A DNA stretch of 58,784 nucleotides, the filler included, from Sphacelaria rigidula (taxonomy: Eukaryota): assembly GCA_964200075.2 (NCBI GenBank). It is 6 parts of 6 records of this genome, joined end to end, with 100 filler letters (N's around TTAATTAATTAA, not from the genome) between each part and the next. Parts side by side here need not be neighbours in the genome. Positions count along the whole stretch, not along the records: positions 9,816 to 19,529 come from CAXNAA020007908.1; positions 19,630 to 29,343 come from CAXNAA020007909.1; 4 more parts are not named here. The stretch is one strand, 5' to 3'. Below the pieces are notes generated by a model. It had not been told where the DNA came from. It was given only the letters and a program-made list of their open reading frames with translations, and did no database searches. Positions 11,989 to 23,859 of the stretch are shown piece by piece. Each line of letters starts with the position of its first letter. Positions within the stretch are counted from its first letter, which is position 1. The translations under genes were made by a program, and so were the position numbers.

Positions 11989-14900
11989 TAACGGCTGCCT
12001 GTATCTTGGGCGAAGCTATATGGTAACACAGCCGCGGTTGGTGCGCCCACATATACCGATCGGTGGAGACCGGCGTCCAGAATAGATGGGACGACAGCAC
12101 ACGCAACACACTGACTTGGCGCAGTACACTTTCAACATCGTGTTCGTACTGACTGTAGAATTCTTTGTTCACGGCTGGGTACATTTCCATAGACAATGCA
12201 GGGACTGGTAGATCTTCACTTATAATGTAAGGGAGGGTCGGGTACATTTCCCCATGTAAATGTATGTAATGTTACTCGGTGATACCGTGAAAAATATCCG
12301 CAACATCCGGACGAACTGCTAGTGAGGCAATCACCGAAATATTCACCTGCAAACTCTGCTCCAGTGCACGGTCAGTTGATATCGCTAGAAGGACACTACC
12401 ATAACCACCTTGCCGGCTGCCAGACTGTCAGGACGTAAGATCCGCTAGCATTGCTACTGTCTGTACAGGGATGTTGCCCCCTTGTCGGGTACGTCTTGGA
12501 GCATGATACTAGATGTAGATCATCCTTCCTTGTGCATGGGTACCCACAGCTGGGGATTCTCACTCAAGACTTCGATTTGGAGGATGATATTAGGTAGGCA
12601 GCAACAACTGCTGTGTGTCCAGGTGCCCCTTGGAGCAAGATGCGTTTGGTGTCTGTTGACAAAGTTATCCCCAAAAACACGAAATCAATAGGGGTTCTAG
12701 AGTGGAAAAATCTATAGAAAAAAATGTCGCAAGGATCGAGTCGAAGGAATCAAGTCACAGAAATCAAGTCGCAAAAACACCACTTATTCGATTTTTTACC
12801 CGCAGCAGAAACCAATTTCACTTTATGAAATTGGAATAATAAAAATAAATAACTTTGGACTAAAATGTTTTTTTGTTGTTCGTGGACTACGGACATTCTT
12901 GCGCTTCACTCATGAAAAAAACGAAAAAATATTTCGGTCTCATCAAGATACGAAGTACAGTACGTCGTATTTGTTTTCATCATACGAGTACCTTGTTCAC
13001 TCTCTGTACCGAATTTGAAAGTGTTGACCCTTTTGGAACTCACAATGGAAAATTGATCATTTGCAATTGACGGTTTTTGAGCAAGATATGGTTGATGGTT
13101 CACAGCTTAGCCGCAACAAATTTGGCCCAACGCATATTTTTCAGACGCGTGGGAGTGACAGGTGAAACAGGAGAAGGTTTCCTCCTTACTGCGGCGAGGT
13201 CCAGAACCCGTCGGCGTTTTTTTCTGCACTCATGAGCTCCTTCCCCGGCCACAGTGCACGGCAAGCCTCTGTGAAGCATGCTTTCCGCTTGACCTGCACG
13301 CCCTTCCCGCTGCAGTTTATACTCTTCGCAGCGTCATAGCAACAAGGGCAACGCTGATGGCACATTCGCCATATTGATGAACTGGCAGTGTAATACAATC
13401 CCAGGCAGTCACCTTTCCATGCCGCCGGGAGTGCTGCGATACTGCCTTGTACAGTACTGGGTGTGTTTACAACAGATTGGGGTAACCTCGACAGCAGACT
13501 CACGTCATGCACAACATCGCACTCATGTACGTTCCAACAGCACCATCCCACCGTTTGAAAAAATGCGTAAAGGCGACGCAGACGTCATGTGCCCTGCACT
13601 TATGCACCGTCATTGTGGTGTAGAGTCTGCCAAGTGCCGTCGCCCCAGGGGTGATGCCTTGCTGCTTCGTGTCATGTCTGTATTACATTTTGAAAATATA
13701 TCGTATTTCGAAAAAATCTCTGAAAAACGCGAGGCATGCACAGAACTGCGTTCTGCCAAGCACGTGCCGACAACATCATACTGCGGGTTGACTATTACAC
13801 AACGGCGTAGCGAAGTGCACCGTTGCCCCACCACATCTATACCGCGGGTTGAGCGTTCCCGACCGTTGCACCGACATCATTCATGCTGCATGAGATTGAT
13901 GACGCCGGCTAACGCTATCGTCTCGTGCCGTCTACTCTCGTGGCCGACTTTTCACATGCTTATATTTACCTTGCGAGAGTGTAGCCCCAGGTCAATACTG
14001 TAACCTACTGTATTTACTGACTGTGGTGTTTTTCATCTGGGCTGATTACGGTAAGCGGTGCTCATTGGCTCCCTCCCGCGTGTATGTATATCGCCTGTGC
14101 GGACGCCAGCGATTACGCCCACCATGTACCGCCCGCACAACCCACTGTGCCTTCCACATTTGGTGACGAAATTCCGTTGGGTTCAGTCAAACTATGCTCT
14201 ATGTACGGTGTGGCTTGATAAACTCGGCACCCGATGCTACAGCCCGTCAAAGCGGTGCTTCCCTTATCTACGAATGCCAATATACAAATAGATTGCTCTG
14301 CTTCGCATCGCGCCTCCAATTTTCCTATCTATTCTTACATTGGAATGGAATGGGAAAGGGACGAAACAGACAGACGCCCTCACAGTGTTGTTCCTTTTCG
14401 GAAATATGGAAGCTTTAATCACGGTGAGGTGTACGTTCTACTACTTGAAGTCATGTTCCGCAGTTTGAATTATTTCGAGCTCAGACAGAAGATCATCGTG
14501 AGAATAGGGTTGGGCACTGTTAGCTTCAACAGCTCGCTTCACGGGCGATGCCGCACATGGGAGAAATCTGCATGACGCATGACATTCGTCACAGCACACG
14601 TTACAAGCGTTTTTTGCTAAATAGATTCATGTATCAACAAGAACAGGGCGAGTTAGTGCAGATTTCTCTAGTTGCGGGTCCCACTCTATGCGCATCGGTC
14701 TTGAAACACACATCCTCATCTGTTGTACAAGAACTATGATGTTCGCTGCTATGGGTTCGACACTGCGTACCAACCGCGACGTTACGCCTTCGGTGGTACT
14801 ACCTGCTCACTACACAGCGGCAGGGTGCAGGGTGACAAAGCACACCACAGAACGCCATATCCTCAGCCTACCCCTGTGCTGCATTGATTTCGCGCTGTCC

Positions 14901-15652
14901 TATGCAGTTCGCCACATCATTCACGCAGCCGCTTGTATCTGCGGTCAACGTGCACGCGGGATATCGTTTTGTAAAGCTCTTCACGTTGTAGCTACAGCGT
15001 GCGTTTGCCCCAGGTTGCGCACGCAGGAGTGAAAGGCCGCCTCTGCTGCTGTCATGGCTGCCTGTACCTTCGGAGAAAAAAAAGTTATTTGCGCGAAGCG
15101 CGATTATATCCGCGCGTTCGAGATCAGCACCCTGCCAACTGCAAACACTGAGGGCCCGTTCGAAATCAGCCGAAGAGCTAAAACATGGGATATGTCTTGT
15201 CTCACTGTACGGCAGCACAAACACACTCACTTCCGCTCTCATGTGCTGTATCTATCACTGTTCTGGGGTGTGTTTGGACCTTGCGAAGACGGTTTGGTCT
15301 CCGCTGAGATTGCTTGATATGCTGTAATGTTGTGTTCGTCTCTCTGTAACCAAGCTGTAACATATAATAGTATCAGCCAGGACGCTGTGATTCTGCAACA
15401 AGAGAAGCTGATGCATACTGTATACAGTTCATCTTCAGGTTCTAAAACTAGAAAACACTGCAGAACTGCCGTGTTGTCTTGTGTTCAGGGTAGTACTCCG
15501 TTCTCCATATACCACTGCAGAAATGTTTTGTTTTCAGTGTAGTACCCTGTACTCCATATAATGGGGTCATGGTTTCAGCAGTTTTTTCAAAAGTTCTCGA
15601 TGTTTATTTTAAAAGTATTCCGAAAAAACGAGAGCGTTTTCTGTCACAGAGA

Positions 15653-16468
15653 TGGTGTTGGATATCTTTCTATCAATCAGTTCGATATCGATATCGACAT
15701 CGATAAATGTCAGCGAAGCCGAAACTTATCGGCGAGCCGCAGGCGAAGCGAGCCGCGAGCACAGCGAACCTGAGGCGCGAATGCGCTGTCAGCTCGCTGT
15801 GCGAGCCCCTTCGGCTCCCCCCGGCCGGTGAGGGGGCCCCACTGTAGGCGCCGCCGGAGGCAGAAAATTGGGGCGTTTTCGCTTCATTTCCCATCAATTT
15901 TTACCATATAATAAACCCGGCCGTGCCAAGTGTTTCACCACTTTTTCAATAATTTTATTTTTTTGTGTGTGGACATGTAGGCAAAAATGATGATACGTTG
16001 TTTCAGAGTTTTTGGTGTTTCATCTCATCAACAGCACTCCGCAGTCCCCCACACGCGAGCGCCCCCAAGAAAAACAAGGCTACGACGCTACTACTAGCCA
16101 CTACTGCATAGCCAAAAGCCGCTGTGCCTGTAAAAAGCTTCTTGGAACCCTAGACTCTGGACCGACCAAAAATCTCCAGCTGCAGTGAGGTTGCTTTGTC
16201 AGTGCCGTGTGCTGTCTCGTGCAGTGTGCTGTGTGCATCATACGCTGCTGTGTGTGCGCGTCTAGGTAGTGCCCCACCCGGTGCGTTGTGGGGGTTTCGT
16301 GCATGTTTTTGGGGGTTCCGTGGTGATTTATCGAATCGAATTATGAAATATTATCGTATCGTGTCGAAATATCGTATCGTATCGGAATCCAGCATTCGGG
16401 ACGATACTCGATACGATACGATATTTCGATACGATATTTCGGAAATTTCGATACGATATCCAACACTA
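15653..16468. mobile_element. Non-autonomous hAT-like element
   Basis: TIRs TGGTGTTGGATATC / GATATCCAACACTA, an 8-bp TSD CACAGAGA / CACAGAAA (7 of 8 match), and dense subterminal CGATA/TATCG repeats at both ends. Confidence 0.85.
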
Positions 16469-18689
16469 CACAGAAATCTAAATCTAATGCTGAATCTGGA
16501 ATAGCCTGAGGAACAACCAATTTGAAAATTGGAACGTGCCTCAGGTTGGACTCTGGAGCCCATTGCTGTTTTTTTACTGGAATTTTTGTAGTGGTTTTGC
16601 TAATTATTGTCGATGGATACAATTGGACACAACTATATCCATTGCGTGGTATGATTGGACAAACCTTACCCAATTTCTCCAGGGAGGACATTCTTCTCCA
16701 GTCTTCCATTTTAAAACTGGTTGCTGTAGGCCTATTCTGTTTCCATGTTTTCCTCTTCGTCAGGGCTTTTCATAATAAGACGTTTAGACAGGGGACAGGA
16801 GGGGAGGGTTCCAGAAGGGTTAACTTTTAAAATTGAGGTGAGAACAGGCTCGTGAACCTACAGATCTGCTTCTAGGCTAGCCCAGCTCGTACCATACGAT
16901 TGATCTTGTGCTGCTTGTCGTACTTCACGGTTGTACTGTGATTTCAAGCACATGAAACCGACCTCTTGGGACTCTCGTTGGAAAAATTTACTTTACGCAC
17001 CCAGACGTGTCAAGTGGGGTCCTAGTTCAGCTTCTGGCGGCCAATCTAATTTTTCTAGGAAAAGGGTAACAACAGCCCCTAGGGACGGCTGTCCAGGATG
17101 CCATGGGTTCGAGCAATGTTCGATGTTCCACTTTTCAAGCAGCCGAGCTCTCTACCATCGCGTTTGTTGTGGTGGTTCAAACGATCGAATTCCACGGCTC
17201 CCTCCTGATAGATCATGAGGTATAGCTTGTAGAAAGGATCAATCGCTCGTAGCTCTCACCTCGGTCAAGCCTCGGTGTGTATCAGCAGCCGGAGTCAAGG
17301 ACGGTGTCCTCCGATATTTGTGTCTTGTCTCTCCGACATTTTACTACCTTTTCAGACCCGCGGTCATGGAGCCAATACGTGCTATAGATAATACTCATGA
17401 CGTAAAATCTAAACTACTCGTAGACGCATCTAGCGGAATTTCAACCCAAATTTCCCCCCCTGTAATAGTGTCAGTTGTACCAGTAGACCAATGGGGATGG
17501 ATGGCTTGCCAATACGTATATCATGTGCAGAGAGCGAACCATCGAGCACTCACCAATATCATCCCACCTGAGGAGCAGCAGCAGCACAGACCAAAAAGGG
17601 TCGACCATTTGAATGGAATATGACGATACACGTTTTCCCCTCGTATCTGATCCTAGACCTAAATGTAAAACCGATCGTCCAGCCAACGATTGTAGGCGGC
17701 TGGGCTACTTCCACCACATACAACGTACGGTGCAACTGCCAGCGGGGGGGGCGGGTGCAGTACAACGATCGAAAGTAGACCGTGTCGTTCTTCTTGCCAA
17801 AGGCAAGCAGTACCGAGGGCAATCAAGAAGGTACCGACAACAGTGCAGGGGGTAGAATTTAATGCACTACGGCGTGATCCTAGGCCTGATAGGCCAGCTG
17901 ATTGCGGTACCCGCCGCTTTGTTTCTCGTCCCCACGAGTTGTCCTGACCTTGCCCACTCGGGCAGAACAGAAGCAGAGCCCGGTCTAGTGGTCCAGGATG
18001 GTGAATTCGATGACTTACTTCCACCGAATATAGTGCTTCAAAAGGGCCGGGACGTTGGGGTGCAAGTAAGGTGAGCTGCTGATCTCTTTTTGAAGTCTCG
18101 CGTCTTGTGCCGTCGAGGCGTGTTCTGAGCTGGTGCAACCGTCTTGAACGTGGTGAACTCTGACACAACACGCTATCGTTAACAAGCGCGCCTGTTGTCT
18201 GCGTACGCTGTACAGACCTCCAATTAAGCACTGCTGCGGGCTTGTTGAGGGTATAGATTCGAGCCAAGCTGGATTCAAGGGCTGGTAACTCTTCCTGCTG
18301 CTTGAATGCGCAGCGCAGCTGCGCAACGATCGACAGAAAAATGACCAACCATGGGGCCCAACTGCGATCGGGAAGACCATTCTTGAGATGTTCAAATTAC
18401 AATTAGCACATCAGAAAAGCTAAAACTTGTAGAGCCCAGAAGTTGATATAGCAGATGATGCATACTGTTGAGTAGCATACAAAGTGCTTTGTCAATTGGA
18501 TTTAAGCAGGGGACGCATGGTGGCGCAGAAAGCGAGAAAATAGGCGTCCCCGGGGGGTATTGTCCACATAAATTTGGGGGTGGTATCCACCGTTTCGGCT
18601 TGTAGCTTCCGAATGACAACACGTTTGGATGACATGGAAGTATTGTTCACACCCTGGACAATAGATGTGGTAATGGTCTATTGCTGCAC

Positions 18690-19150
18690 TAGTAGCTACG
18701 GTGATGATCATATTGATATCCATTGTGGAGAACAATGACTGCAACATATATTTGTCCATATCCATTGCTGGAAACAATGTCCTGGGTGATGTTTTCATCG
18801 ATATATCTTTACTGGCAATGATGTGTGAAATATTACACCGATGGGCACTTGTCGGTAACGATAAATTTTGGTTCATGCCACCGATACACATCGTGCATGG
18901 AAATGGACAATGAAAAGTTCATGTCAATACACATGGTTCTTCGCCATAGATTCCGCAAATTTCATCAATATAAATGGTCTGTGACAATGAATTTTCGAAA
19001 CGTTCCATCGATATACATGGCCAACGGCAATAGATTTTTGCATTATTCACCGATAGACCCGGCCGGTAGCGATAGATTTTGGACTTTTCCATCGATATGC
19101 ATGGTTTATGCCAATAGATTTCATGGGGTTCCGTCATTGTACACTGCGGT
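18690..19150. repeat. Degenerate tandem array (CCATCGATAT..CATGG...CAATAGATTT-like units)
   Basis: Recurrent CCATCGATAT, CACCGATA and CAATAGATTT motifs at roughly 35-40 bp spacing. Confidence 0.5.
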
Positions 19151-20249
19151 AGAACATGCGAGAAAATCGGACACGGTAGTCAGTTTCCTTCATGACCCAT
19201 GCGGACCGGGACTGATCTCAAGTTGTGACGATTGATGGCATCGGCAAAGGACCAACATAAATTTATTGTCCATCGCCGTTGCCAGGGACGACAAGCCGTC
19301 TAGTTCTACGGAAATTCAGTTACAACCTGTTTTTGAACAACCATCACGTTATCAGCACATCATCACTTCACTATAGTATGTGTCACCTTGTGTTGTACCC
19401 CACCTTTACTCGTTGTCACGATTCGAAGCTCTCCCCTTTTGCGTGACCAGACCGGTCTCGAGGGATCAACCCACTTCCCCCCGTTACACCTTGCATGTTG
19501 ATCCTGCGTATTGGGTCAGCACTTCCGCCNNNNNNNNNNNNNNNNNNNNNNNNNNNNNNNNNNNNNNNNNNNNTTAATTAATTAANNNNNNNNNNNNNNN
19601 NNNNNNNNNNNNNNNNNNNNNNNNNNNNNTCGCTGAAAGTGTGGGGAAAGCACTGTTTAAGGCTTGAACCTCATCTCGGAGTTAAACCCCACTTCGCACA
19701 ATTTGTTGTTCTTGTTGGTTTGCTGGGGTTGGTCAAGTAGATGCGTATGGAATGGAATCGATGTAAAAGAATATATGTTGAGTCGACTGGTCATATGTAG
19801 CTGTACGATTATGTCAGACATGATGAGTATCGTGCGCTTACCGTGACGGCACTTGTCTGTGTTCTGCAGCTTGCTAAAAAGGCAAGTGCATTTGATTTCG
19901 CATGTTCTATCTCCTCCCCGGGGCACCAATGTGTATGCATGTATTGCATCTGCGTGCAGATACTCGGATTTCTAGATCTGGAAGTATTTTTCTTTTGGTA
20001 CAGAGAGGAATACGTGGAGCTCACTTACGTGTTTTGAGTTCTGTATACAGAGATGAAATATTTGCCCCTCTCATTATGGTCCTGCGTGAGGTACGCGTTT
20101 TCACATTACACCTGCCTCGGTGTTTATTTTTGCGGATCTACTCCGAGGTTTCCACGTTTGATGTACCGGTAGACGTGTCACGTGTCACGTGTCACGTGAT
20201 CACGTGATCACGTGTGTCCACTCATACAAGTGGCTTGTGTTGGCTGCTG

Positions 20250-21660
20250 TGTTCTGCATTTTTCCGTTCGGGTGAGGTGTGTCGCATAGTAACTCATATT
20301 CCGATAACCCAGCTGTGAATTATACAACATAACACACCGGTAAACGTTCCGATCTGGTGAGTTATAGAACATACCGCATCGGCGCACATTCTGGCCGAGT
20401 GAGTGGAAAATCATAACTCGGCGCTGCATATTGTGGTCAGGTAAGTTACAGAACATAATGGGCGGTGTAAATTCTGATCGAGAATGTGATATAAGATAAA
20501 TTGGGGGTGCACATCTCGGCCGGGTGAGTTATCGAGCATAACTCACTCGTGCACAATCTGGCCGGGTGAGTTATCGACCACAGCTCATCGGGGCAAATTT
20601 TAGCCGGGTAACTTCGACGACATGAGTCAGTGGTGTGAGTCGTACAGCATAACCCAGCGGTGCATATATTCAGCTGGTGGGTTAAACAACACAACGGGGT
20701 TAACTCATGAGTTATCCGAAGTGTGCAACCTTTCCGTTATCTACGATAAAGTTTTACTGTTTCCTTGTACTCGATGTAATTTTTAACAATAACACCAGTT
20801 CTGTACAGCAACCCTATACACAGGCTTTGCAAAACCTTCACCTGTGATTGCCCTCTCGCACATAATCCCCAAAGGTTGTATCTACAGTTCCGCTGCTCCG
20901 CACAAAGGGGGGCATGTGTACATCAAATTTCATTTACGCGTTGAACCATACTTTTTTAGTTCCTGAAACGTTTCATCAACCGTTAATCTTCTCTCCGCAA
21001 TCTTCAAACTACGATGTATACTGGCCCGAAATGCCTCGTCTGCAAAACTCCCACACCAGTGTCTTGCCCCTCATTTTTGTTCCTTCGTGCCAGCTCAAAA
21101 CCTCAAGTACAAGCCACACTATTATTGTACGTTTGGTATGGTTCGACAATCATTTCAGCTGTCCCTCCCAGCTCTGACGAGTATGTCAAGATGAGTTATG
21201 TTTTGTAAGTTAGCCGATAACAATATGCGCCGATGAGTTATTTCGTATAGCTCCTCCGACAAGATTTGGCACCGATAAAATATGTTGTACGCGTATGGCG
21301 TATAACTTACCCAGCCAGAATATGCACCGATGAGTTATGTTCTATACCTCACCAGGCCAGGGTATGCACCGTTGAGGCATCTCATATAAATCACCCGACA
21401 AGAGTTTGCACCAGTAAATTATGTTCTATACGTCACCGGCCAGAATATGCACCGCTGAGGTATGTTCTATAAGTCACCCGGCCAGAATCTGCACCGATGA
21501 GTTACATTGGATGACTCACTCGGCCAGAATGTGCACCGCTGAGTGACGTTCCATCACTTACCCCACCAGAATATTCAATGCTGAGTAATCTTGCATAAAA
21601 CGCCTGAACAGAATGCACACCACTGAGTTATGTTGTTACTATCCACAGATGAGTTATGTG
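20250..21660. repeat. Inverted pair of 42-bp tandem arrays around a ~480-bp spacer
   Basis: The left arm (about 20250-20700) has unit GGTGAGTTATAGAACATAACTCAGCGGTGCACATTCTGGCCG, with anchors at 20356, 20398, 20440, 20523, 20565 and 20607. The right arm (about 21170-21660) is the reverse complement. Each arm has about 11-12 degenerate units. Confidence 0.85.
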
Positions 21661-22297
21661 GAAAGGGTTGACTCGAATTAATCCGAGTTGAGCTGTCTGA
21701 CGTGTGTTTCATGTTGGTCGTAGCTGCGTATATCCGCGGATTGATACCATGCTGGAGGACGTTATGATAGGATGCATGGACTCGCATTACGGTCGGGATA
21801 GCGCTAGTTGTTATTATGTTGTTTTTCTTTTGTGGATAGATCTTGAAATACTCTGTACATTGGTGAAGAGTAACGGGCTTATTTTGTATGGTTTTGTATA
21901 CCGTCTTCATGCACATTAACTCGTTTTCAGTGTTTCTCTACTTCTGAACTCTGCTTGCTTGTCATCCAAGAGTTGCTTTGCCGTGCAGCGAGCCGACCAT
22001 GACTCATCGTCTATAACCTGAGGTATCCGCAATACTAACACAGGGGATATCTCAATAGTCCGACGGTGTAATGACGACTAATTTCTTGTTTGTTCCAGTA
22101 AAGTACCAGCACAAGCACCCAGGTGCCCACAGATGAAGATTAGCCAGAGTGACGAGTTGTTTTGTGTATCAAATTATCCTGGGAATATCCATAAATCTAT
22201 CAACGCTTACACAACGAGGGTGGGAATCCAGTGGACATCACGCGTGAAACATCCATCCCTTTGCACGTGCTAGGAACCGCCCGCGACCTTTGCCGAG

Positions 22298-22559
22298 GAG
22301 TCACGCCACGGTGGGGATGATTTTTATTTTTCCCAAGTTTCAATTGTTCGGAGCCCTCTCTCTCAGCGCCCAAAACGACTTACGTAAATCTCAGAGCACG
22401 CTACGATTGACATTCAAATGGGCTAGGTATATGCCAAATAAATTGTAGAACGAGAATGCCTTGACCCCATATTCTTGTGTATAGCTCCCAATTTCAGGAG
22501 TTCCTCAATGAGTAACATCTGATTCCAAAAAATGTACAATCCCTACCGTGGCATGACTC
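22298..22559. mobile_element. Sola2-like MITE
   Basis: TIRs GAGTCACGCCACGGTGGGGAT / ATCCCTACCGTGGCATGACTC with GAG...CTC termini. The flanks CGAG / CAAG match at 3 of 4 bases and are the candidate 4-bp TSD. Confidence 0.65.
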
Positions 22560-23859
22560 CAAGCCCCGACTTGCACCGCTGAGTGAAGTGTAAATGAGTA
22601 GCACCATTTACAACATTCGTCCGTTGTCACCGGCAGGTATCACACTGACGACACCGGAGGCGCGACTGGGTTGCTCCTCGCACAGGCGTAATCGGACGTC
22701 GACAGGGCCTCCGTGTGGAGTCAAAACTTCAGAATCCCGGGGAACCTAACACTTCCGGGGCGCCGTGCAATTGATTACCTTCCGGGAAACGCTCATTATG
22801 TGGTCAAGTGGCGGAAATAAGTGGCTGTGTATAGGTATTGCAGCTCTCACTGCGGCGATGTCCGGCGGCCAGAGTGTGCCTTACCACAAGCACCATGTCG
22901 AAGGACCCGCTGCTTCGGCTTCTGGGATGGAGCTCGTGGATCCTACGAAAGGAAAAGGTAGGGATACACGGCTGGAACTTGGCTGCAATCTTCGAGAGTA
23001 TAAAGTTGTATTGGACTTGCTTACAGAAGTTATTTTTTTGAACGGATTTATAGAACTATATTATACCACAAAAGTAAATGAAACTACATATATTTTCTGT
23101 AGTGCTGTGCAATGTAGAGTTCAGACAGTACGATGCAGAACCCTACAACAGTACATTGGGGTATGGTGAAGTACAGCGATACCATACAGTCAGTTGTACA
23201 GTAGTACAGCACACAGCACTTTCAATCAACAGACAAAGTCGTCTTGTGAGGATTTTCGAACGAACCACCCACAGTGGTGGTGCAAACCATCATGGCGAGA
23301 ATGGCAAATGCTGCCAGGTGTAGCGCTGCTGGTGCGCTATAGACTACGAATCGTTCGGACCGTTTTCTCCCAGCTGAGGCTGGAAAGAATGAGGAACTGC
23401 ACTCAAGGCAACGTCGTATACCCGCCGAGCATTGCAATTTCACGCATCACCAGCAAGAGAATGCTAACACCATGGCGGCGTCACGGAGGTCCTCTGACTG
23501 CGATGCCAAGCGTTGCTACTTCGTGAATGATCCATTGTGGAAGCATGACAGGTGTGGTCAAACGAAATAAGCACTTTGCAAAACAGTCGTCCATCATTCA
23601 AATATCGTCCGCCAAGACGGCTGCAGACAGTATTGTGACAACTCGTAAAATTCTATCTGGCAAGGCACCCGGTATCATACTGTTTCAACACTATTATTTG
23701 CAGCATTAGAAATTATGTGTGCACAGTACGCACTGTATGGACAGTGTAACGGTAGGGGTGTACTTATTGCGCAAATTCATGTCTGGTTCAGGGGCTCCTA
23801 ACGATTTAAATGCACAGGAATATGGGTCAGGGCATCTCCGGTCGCAAATTTATTCGGGC

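Larger units (their letters stand above)
9820..12660 (-). pseudogene. Possible decayed protein-kinase-like gene fragments
   Basis: Minus-strand pieces fall in kinase order: SRQGGYGSVLLA (about 12410, Gly-loop-like), ALSMEMYP (about 12190, hinge-like) followed by a gtcagt donor, HGEAKFID...AGTVGEY (about 10590-10530) and RRILLEALYHDPY (about 9870). There are in-frame stops, and no intact VAIK, HRD or DFG motif. Confidence 0.25.

Noticed and set aside
20250..21660. CRISPR array or loxP-like sites
   Set aside because: The units are contiguous, degenerate repeats with no unique spacers and no cas genes, in a eukaryotic context. Resemblance to loxP is limited to ATAACT/AGTTAT hexamers.
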